Program-made: the position numbers and the translations under genes | In this document: positions 26,750 through 31,966 of the stretch, in pieces | How the letters are laid out: every line of letters starts with the position of its first letter | Position numbering within the stretch: the stretch's first letter is position 1 | Source of the DNA: an uncultured Dehalococcoidia bacterium | Lineage (GTDB): Bacteria > Chloroflexota > Dehalococcoidia > Tepidiformales > Tepidiformaceae | Reading direction: 5' to 3' | DNA length: 31,966 nucleotides | Assembly: GCA_937864275.1 (NCBI GenBank) | Contig: CALMIW010000560.1 | Coordinates: 1-31,966 of the forward strand | Notes under the pieces: model-generated | The model's input: only the letters and a program-made list of their open reading frames with translations | Database searches by the model: none | What the model was told of the DNA's origin: nothing

Positions 26750-28474
26750 ATGACCAAGTCCAAGTGGCAACTGCTGCTCAGCATGTTCGCCATCTTCGCC
26801 GTTCTCGCGTTTGCCGCCGCTTGCGGAGACGATGACGACGATGATGACGACGGTGGCGACACCGCTACCGCAACCACCTCGTCGGGCGGATCGACCACGC
26901 CGACGGCCGCCAAGCCTTCGGGCACCATCACCATCGGTGCGACTCAGTTCGAAAACTGGGACCCGCACTTCTCCGACTTCGCAGCCGACATCTCCCACAT
27001 GGTCTATGTCTGGCGCGGCCTCTACCACCTGGACCTCCAGGACAAGCCCCAGCCCGCGATGGCTGCCGGCGCCCCCACCGTCTCGGCCGATGGCAAGACC
27101 TACACCGTCAAGCTGAAGTCGGGCCTCAAGTGGTCGGATGGCCAGGCGCTCACCGCCAAGGACTTCGTCCTCGGTATTCAGCGCACCTGCAACCCCGACA
27201 ACGCCGGCCACTACCAGTACATCCTGACCAACATCGTTGGTTGCGATGACTACTACGGCGCCGGCAAGGAAACCGCCGAAAAGAAGGCCGAACTCCTGAA
27301 GGCCGTCGGCGTCAAGGCTGTCGACGACAGCACCATCGAGATCAAGCTCCAGAACGCCCAGCCGACGTTCGCGACGCTCCTCGCCATGTGGCCCACCTTC
27401 CCGGTCCCGTCGCACAAGATCGCGACCCCGGATGCCAAGTGGCTTGGGCCGTTGGAAAACGTCTATAACGGCCCCTACATGCCGAAGGCGTACACCGAAA
27501 AGGCCTCGCTCGAACTCGTCCCGAACCCGAACTGGTCCGGCACGCAGGTCGGCGCCGAGAAGATCGTCATCAAGTACGTCGATGACCCGGCCGTCCTCAA
27601 CCAGGCCTACCGCGCCGGCGAAGTCGACGCGTCCGTAGCCAACAAGGCCGAACTCGACAAGCTCAAGAGCGAATTCACCGCCTCGAAGGAGCTCCAGCTC
27701 TACCCGGCGACCCGCACCATCGGCATCGAGTTCAACATGGCCGACCCGGTCCTCTCGAAGCCGGAAGTCCGCGTCGCTCTCAGCCAGGCGACCGACCGCG
27801 CCACGATGATGAAGGTCGTCTTCAAGGACGCCAACACGGCCACCACGAGCTGGGTCCCCCCGACTCGCAACGGCCTCAAGGGCGGCGAATACGACGCAAC
27901 CCTCGGCTTCGACGCCGCCAAGGCCAAGGCGAGCCTCGCCAAGGCTGGCTACGCCGATGGCAAGGGCTTCCCGAAGATCACCATGATCCAGACCGATAGC
28001 GCCACCAACAAACTTGCTGGCGACTTCCTCACCGCTGAGTGGAAGAAGCACCTTGGCATCGACCTCGAGGTCCAGTACGTGGACTCGAAGACCCGCCAGT
28101 CTGCCTTCAACACCAAGCAGTACCAGCTCGTCCTCGGCGGCTGGCAGGAAGACTACCCGGATCCGGAGAACTGGTTCGTCGGCCTCTGGGAAACCGGTGG
28201 GTCGATCAACAAGACCAACACCAGCATCGCCGCCCTCGATAAGGCCATCAACGATGCGAAGTACAACACCAACGACGAAGCTCGCAGGAAGCTCTACCGC
28301 GACGCGGAAAAGCTCCTCCTCGATCAGGCCAGCGGCATCGCCCCGCTCTACCACACCATGGCTGCCTTCCTCGTGAAGTCGCACATCAAGGGTATGGTCG
28401 AGAACAAGCGTCCCGCCGACACCTTCGTCCCTGGTGACTGGTACATCGAGCTCTGGACCACGTCCAAGAAGTAG
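26750..28474 (+). CDS. oppA: Peptide/opine/nickel-family ABC transporter substrate-binding lipoprotein
   Basis: Lipobox LAFAAA-C, KTYTVKLKSGLKWSDGQALTAKDFV, VRVALSQATDR, WQEDYPDP; GAGGAGG RBS. Confidence 0.9.
   Translation: MTKSKWQLLLSMFAIFAVLAFAAACGDDDDDDDDGGDTATATTSSGGSTTPTAAKPSGTITIGATQFENWDPHFSDFAADISHMVYVWRGLYHLDLQDKPQPAMAAGAPTVSADGKTYTVKLKSGLKWSDGQALTAKDFVLGIQRTCNPDNAGHYQYILTNIVGCDDYYGAGKETAEKKAELLKAVGVKAVDDSTIEIKLQNAQPTFATLLAMWPTFPVPSHKIATPDAKWLGPLENVYNGPYMPKAYTEKASLELVPNPNWSGTQVGAEKIVIKYVDDPAVLNQAYRAGEVDASVANKAELDKLKSEFTASKELQLYPATRTIGIEFNMADPVLSKPEVRVALSQATDRATMMKVVFKDANTATTSWVPPTRNGLKGGEYDATLGFDAAKAKASLAKAGYADGKGFPKITMIQTDSATNKLAGDFLTAEWKKHLGIDLEVQYVDSKTRQSAFNTKQYQLVLGGWQEDYPDPENWFVGLWETGGSINKTNTSIAALDKAINDAKYNTNDEARRKLYRDAEKLLLDQASGIAPLYHTMAAFLVKSHIKGMVENKRPADTFVPGDWYIELWTTSKK
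26828..26851 (+). repeat. (GAY)8 poly-Asp tract after the lipoprotein Cys
   Basis: gac gat gac gac gat gat gac gac = D8, followed by a Thr/Ser-rich linker. Confidence 0.85.
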
Positions 28475-28502
28475 GCTCTCTGTCACCGGTAAGCCATGAT
28501 CC

Positions 28503-28540
28503 GTCGGGCCGGGGTTCCTTCACGGGAGCCCCGGCCCGGC
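28503..28540 (+). terminator. 16-bp GC-rich stem-loop between oppA and oppB (no U tract)
   Basis: GTCGGGCCGGGGTTCC-TTCACG-GGAGCCCCGGCCCGGC, with two G:U pairs. Confidence 0.6.
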
Positions 28541-28559
28541 TAGATTGCGAATCATCAGC

Positions 28560-29507
28560 ATGCTCGTCTACACCATTCGGCGGGTACTGGGGATCATCCC
28601 CCTGATCCTGGCCATCGCGACCATCACGTTCTTCCTCATGCACTCGGTAAAGGGCGGCCCCTTCGATTCCGACCGTCCGCTCTCCGAGACCCAACGGGCG
28701 AACCTCGAGGCACGCTACGGGATCGACAAGTCCCTCCCCGAGCAGTACGTCCGCTACATCGGGAACCTCGTCGAACTGGACCTTGGGATCTCCTTCGCGA
28801 ACGACCGGCCGATTACCGAGATCATCCAGGAACGCATGCAGGTCTCCAGCCAGCTCGGCATCGCCGCCTTCCTCTTTGCGACGGTCTTCGGACTCACACT
28901 CGGCATCGTCTCATCGCTCAATCAGAATGGCCTCGGCGACTACGTGGGCGTGTTCTTCGCCACGGCTGGCGCCGCCTTGCCGAGCATCGTGCTCGCACCA
29001 CTGCTCACCATCTTCTTCGCGGTCGAGTTCCAGTGGTTCAACGTCCTCAGTAGCAACTACGGCTTCACCGACTGGTTCCGAGGCGATTTCAGCAACTGGC
29101 GCCAGGTAGTCCTCCCGACGGTCGCACTCGGCTTCCTGCCCATGGCCTTCATTGCGCGAATCACCCGCGCATCCATGCTCGAAGTCTTGCGCCAGGACTA
29201 CGTCCGCACCGCCCGCGCCAAGGGCCTCAAGGAACTCATCGTCGTCGTCCGGCACGCCACCAAGAACGCCATGATCCCGGTCCTCACCGTCCTCGGACCC
29301 ATCTTCGCCGGCCTCATCACCGGGTCGCTCGTCATCGAGCAGAGCTTCGCGATCCCCGGCCTCGGCCGCGAATTCGTCCGCTCGGTCCTCATCCGCGATT
29401 ACGGCCTGATTATGGGCGTCACCATCTTCTTCGCCGTCATCATTGCCGTCATGAACCTGGTCGTCGATCTGCTCTACGCCGTCGCCGACCCGCGGATTCG
29501 GTTCTAG
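28560..29507 (+). CDS. oppB: Peptide ABC transporter permease
   Basis: GGPFDSDR, YGIDKSLPEQY, ARITRASMLEVLRQDYVRTARAKGL (EAA region), VIEQSFAIPGLG. Confidence 0.92.
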   Translation: MLVYTIRRVLGIIPLILAIATITFFLMHSVKGGPFDSDRPLSETQRANLEARYGIDKSLPEQYVRYIGNLVELDLGISFANDRPITEIIQERMQVSSQLGIAAFLFATVFGLTLGIVSSLNQNGLGDYVGVFFATAGAALPSIVLAPLLTIFFAVEFQWFNVLSSNYGFTDWFRGDFSNWRQVVLPTVALGFLPMAFIARITRASMLEVLRQDYVRTARAKGLKELIVVVRHATKNAMIPVLTVLGPIFAGLITGSLVIEQSFAIPGLGREFVRSVLIRDYGLIMGVTIFFAVIIAVMNLVVDLLYAVADPRIRF

Positions 29508-29521
29508 GAGCGTCGCCCCAA

Positions 29522-30493
29522 ATGAGTGCACAACCGGGAGCAATCGCTCAACCCTTCGACTTCGCACAGGATGTCATCCACACCAAGCAGCGCGGGCTCT
29601 GGAACCAGGCCTGGCACCGCCTCCTCCGCAACCGCCTCGCCGTCGTCGCCGGCGCCATCCTCCTGCTCATCACGACGGTCGCCCTCCTGGCCGACTTCGT
29701 GCCCGCGGTGGCCAACCACGACCCCGCCCTCCAGGACTACTCGGCGATTGAAAAGGACCCCGGCGCCGACTACTGGCTCGGGAGCGACTCCCTCGGCCGC
29801 GACCTCTGGGCCCGCCTCATGCAGGGCACCCTCTTCTCGCTCAAGATCGGCATCGGCACCCAGGTCATCATCCTCCTGATCGGGGTCTCCATCGGCATGG
29901 GAGCGGCCCTGGCCGGCCGCTTCAGCGATACCGCACTCATGTGGCTCACCGACCTTGCCTTCGCCTTCCCGGACCTCCTGGCCATCATCCTGCTCCGGCA
30001 GGTCCTCTACGGACGCGACTGGCCAATCATCGGCACCGGCAGCCCGCAGATACCCGGCATCGGCAACGTCCTCCTCGTCACGATCATCGCCATCGCCTTC
30101 GTCGGCTGGACGACGGTCGCCCGTCTCGTGCGCGGCCAGATGCTGTCCATCAAGGAGCAGGACTACATCCTCGCCGCCCGCTCCATCGGCGCGAGCCCCT
30201 GGCGCATCGTCCGCAGCCACATGCTCCCCAACACCCTCAGCTCCGTCATCGTGGCATCCACCTTCGGCATCCCGCTCGCCATCTTCGCCGAAGCCACCCT
30301 CGGCTTCATCGGCCTCGGCGTCCCGCCCCCCAACGCCAGCCTCGGCTCGCTGATCGGCTCCGGCCTGGACACCATCCAGACCCACAACATCGAGCTCATC
30401 TGGCCAACGATCATGGTCGCCGCGCTCATGCTCTGCTTCACCTTCCTCGGCGACGGCCTGCGCGACGCACTCGAGCCCCGGACTCGCAAATAA
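29522..30493 (+). CDS. oppC: Peptide ABC transporter permease
   Basis: WLGSDSLGRDLWARL, ARLVRGQMLSIKEQDYILAARSIGA, HMLPN, GDGLRDALEP. Confidence 0.92.
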   Translation: MSAQPGAIAQPFDFAQDVIHTKQRGLWNQAWHRLLRNRLAVVAGAILLLITTVALLADFVPAVANHDPALQDYSAIEKDPGADYWLGSDSLGRDLWARLMQGTLFSLKIGIGTQVIILLIGVSIGMGAALAGRFSDTALMWLTDLAFAFPDLLAIILLRQVLYGRDWPIIGTGSPQIPGIGNVLLVTIIAIAFVGWTTVARLVRGQMLSIKEQDYILAARSIGASPWRIVRSHMLPNTLSSVIVASTFGIPLAIFAEATLGFIGLGVPPPNASLGSLIGSGLDTIQTHNIELIWPTIMVAALMLCFTFLGDGLRDALEPRTRK

Positions 30494-30506
30494 GCCGGCT
30501 CCCGGT

Positions 30507-30536
30507 TTGGCGTGGAATCGCAACGGCTGGTACCAT
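30507..30536 (+). promoter_or_regulatory. Putative sigma70 promoter of tRNA-Ala
   Basis: TTGGCG-N18-TACCAT with extended TG (30528-30529), 14 nt upstream of the tRNA. Confidence 0.55.
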
Positions 30537-30550
30537 CGAAGAGTTGACCC

Positions 30551-30626
30551 GGGGCTGTAGCTCAATCGGGAGAGCGCAACACTGGCAGTGTTGAGGTAGA
30601 GGGTTCGAATCCCTCCAGCTCCACCA
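30551..30626 (+). tRNA. tRNA-Ala (GGC)
   Basis: Acceptor GGGGCUG/CAGCUCC with G3:U70 Ala identity pair, anticodon arm CAACA-CUGGCAG-UGUUG, T-loop GGTTCGAATCC, encoded CCA. Confidence 0.97.
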
Positions 30627-30639
30627 ACCGGAATCAATC

Positions 30640-30677
30640 GAGAGGGGCTCCCAACGGAGCCTTTCTCTCGTTTCTCA
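30640..30677 (+). terminator. Intrinsic terminator after tRNA-Ala
   Basis: GAGAGGGGCTCC-CAAC-GGAGCCTTTCTC followed by pyrimidine-rich TCGTTTCTC. Confidence 0.65.
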
Positions 30678-30688
30678 CCCCAACGGCG

Positions 30689-30694
30689 TATCCT
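30689..30694 (+). promoter_or_regulatory. Putative -10 box (TATCCT), leaderless LLM gene
   Basis: TATCCT-N8-ATG(30703), no SD. Confidence 0.45.
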
Positions 30695-30702
30695 CCCCGG
30701 CC

Positions 30703-31662
30703 ATGAAAGTCGGCGTCCTCCAGTTCTTCTCCTGGTCCCGGCGCATCCCGCTCGAAACGGTCTACGAGCGCGCCTTCGACCGCATCGCCATCATGGATGA
30801 AGGTGGCTACGACGCCGTCTGGCTGGCCGAACACCACTTCAACACCTATAGCGTCTGTCCTTCGCCCCACCTCATGGCGATGAACGTCGTCTCCCGCACC
30901 AAACGCCTCCGCGTCGGCACCGCCGTTTCCCTGGCCGTCTTCTACGAACCCCTCCGCCTCGCCGAAGAGATAGCCATGCTCGACGTCCTTTCCGGTGGGC
31001 GCATCAACTGGGGCGCCGGCCGCGGCTTCGATCCCCTGGAGTTCAAGACCTTCCGCGTCCCCGTCCAGGAGAGCGCGGCCCGCTTCCAGGAAGCCGTCGA
31101 CATCGTCCTCGCCGCCTGGACGCAGGAGAAACTCACCTACAAGGGGCAGTTCTGGGAATACGACAGCGTCGAACTCCTGCCCAAGCCCCTGCAGCAGCCG
31201 CACCCGCCGACATGGCTCGCTGCGACCTCCCCGGAGGCCATCGAACGCGCTGCCAGCCGGGGCCACACCATCCTCATGGACCCGCACGCCACCCACGACG
31301 AGATCCGAAACAAGCGCGAGCTCTACAGGGACCGCCTCGCCGCGCATGGGCACACGATTGAGGGTCGCGACATCCCCATGGCCCGTCTCATCGCCATAGC
31401 CCCCACTGAGGCCCAGGCGCGCCAGGTCGCCGAAGAAGGCGCCCGCTGGACGCTCGGCTCCTACGCGAAAGGGTTGAACCCCGCCGACGATCCGGTCGCG
31501 CGCTACGTGAACGAGGTGATGGTCTATGGCAGACCAGAGCAAGTTGCCGAGAAGCTCCTCGGCCTCCGCGACGACCTGCCCATGAACTACCTGTTAGCCG
31601 CCCCGCTCAGCCACGAAAGCTTCCTGCTCTTCACCGAGAAGGTCCTCCCGAAGCTGGTCTGA
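30703..31662 (+). CDS. LLM-class flavin-dependent oxidoreductase (bacterial luciferase-like)
   Basis: VWLAEHHF, RLRVGTAV, PLRLAEEIAMLDVLSGGRINWGAGRG, PKPLQQPHPPTW. Confidence 0.9.
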   Translation: MKVGVLQFFSWSRRIPLETVYERAFDRIAIMDEGGYDAVWLAEHHFNTYSVCPSPHLMAMNVVSRTKRLRVGTAVSLAVFYEPLRLAEEIAMLDVLSGGRINWGAGRGFDPLEFKTFRVPVQESAARFQEAVDIVLAAWTQEKLTYKGQFWEYDSVELLPKPLQQPHPPTWLAATSPEAIERAASRGHTILMDPHATHDEIRNKRELYRDRLAAHGHTIEGRDIPMARLIAIAPTEAQARQVAEEGARWTLGSYAKGLNPADDPVARYVNEVMVYGRPEQVAEKLLGLRDDLPMNYLLAAPLSHESFLLFTEKVLPKLV

Positions 31663-31682
31663 GCAAGGAGGCGCCGTCGGCA

Positions 31683-31918
31683 CTAGCTAAGTACCCGGTG
31701 CATGTGCCCGTCCTGCGACTTCACGTACTGATAGGACTCGCGCACGATTTGCTCGAGGACCGGCAGTTGCACATCGCTGAGCCGGTTGATGTACAAACAC
31801 ACCCGGCTCGTCGAGTGCTTGCCGAGCTGAGCCAGCGATTCGGCGTAGCGCACCGTCCCGTCCATGAGGTAAATGGTGATCTTGCCTTTTCGCGGGTAAA
31901 AGCCAATAGCCTGGCAGT
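31683..31918 (-). CDS. DUF1801 (YdhG-like) protein, C-terminal fragment cut by the adapter
   Basis: IGFYPRKGKITIYLMDG...LGKHSTSRVCLYINRLSDV..VLEQIVRES matches the DUF1801 pattern. The apparent N-terminus is adapter-derived. Confidence 0.7.
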
Positions 31919-31966
31919 AGATCGGAAGAGCACACGTCTGAACTCCAGTCACGTGGCCTTATCTCG
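31919..31966 (+). other. Illumina TruSeq adapter with index (assembly contamination)
   Basis: AGATCGGAAGAGCACACGTCTGAACTCCAGTCAC (31919-31952), then index GTGGCC(TT), then ATCTCG. Confidence 0.99.

Noticed and set aside
30551-31918. Genomic island integrated at tRNA-Ala
   Set aside because: No integrase, no duplicated tRNA 3' end in the window, and the next gene has host-like codon usage.
31683-31952. ORFs starting MTGVQTCALPI, MCSSDL and MLFRS
   Set aside because: These N-termini are translations of the Illumina adapter.

Overview
High-GC (roughly 65-70% by eye) bacterial chromosomal segment, densely coded with housekeeping and metabolic genes. The gene mix (F420-type LLM oxidoreductase, paired family III CoA-transferases, poly-Asp lipoprotein OppA) suggests Chloroflexota/Dehalococcoidia (Tepidiformales-like); this is inference only. 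Left to right: partial eno, def, nadB-nadC, small membrane ORF, rseP-like protease, dxr, LLM oxidoreductase, DUF433/DUF5615 toxin-antitoxin pair (toxin frameshifted), hypothetical, pepN, tandem SnoaL-like protein, plant-type long ilvC, CoA-transferase/unknown/CoA-transferase operon, cysH-cysC-cysD-cysN plus a coupled Na/Pi-cotransporter-like membrane gene, divergent sulfite reductase, hypothetical, hemB, two hypotheticals, purU, oppA-oppB-oppC (no ATPase genes), tRNA-Ala(GGC), LLM oxidoreductase, and a truncated DUF1801-like gene. No CRISPR array, integrase or transposase was seen. The best leads are a candidate new sulfate-uptake transporter inside the cys operon, a 48-bp mirror-image dual promoter between the cys operon and sulfite reductase, an unknown protein coupled between two CoA-transferases, and repeated leaderless promoter architecture. 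The assembly has quality problems: an Illumina TruSeq adapter at the 3' end and several AT-depleted patches that corrupt conserved motifs, so single-base oddities need read-level checks.
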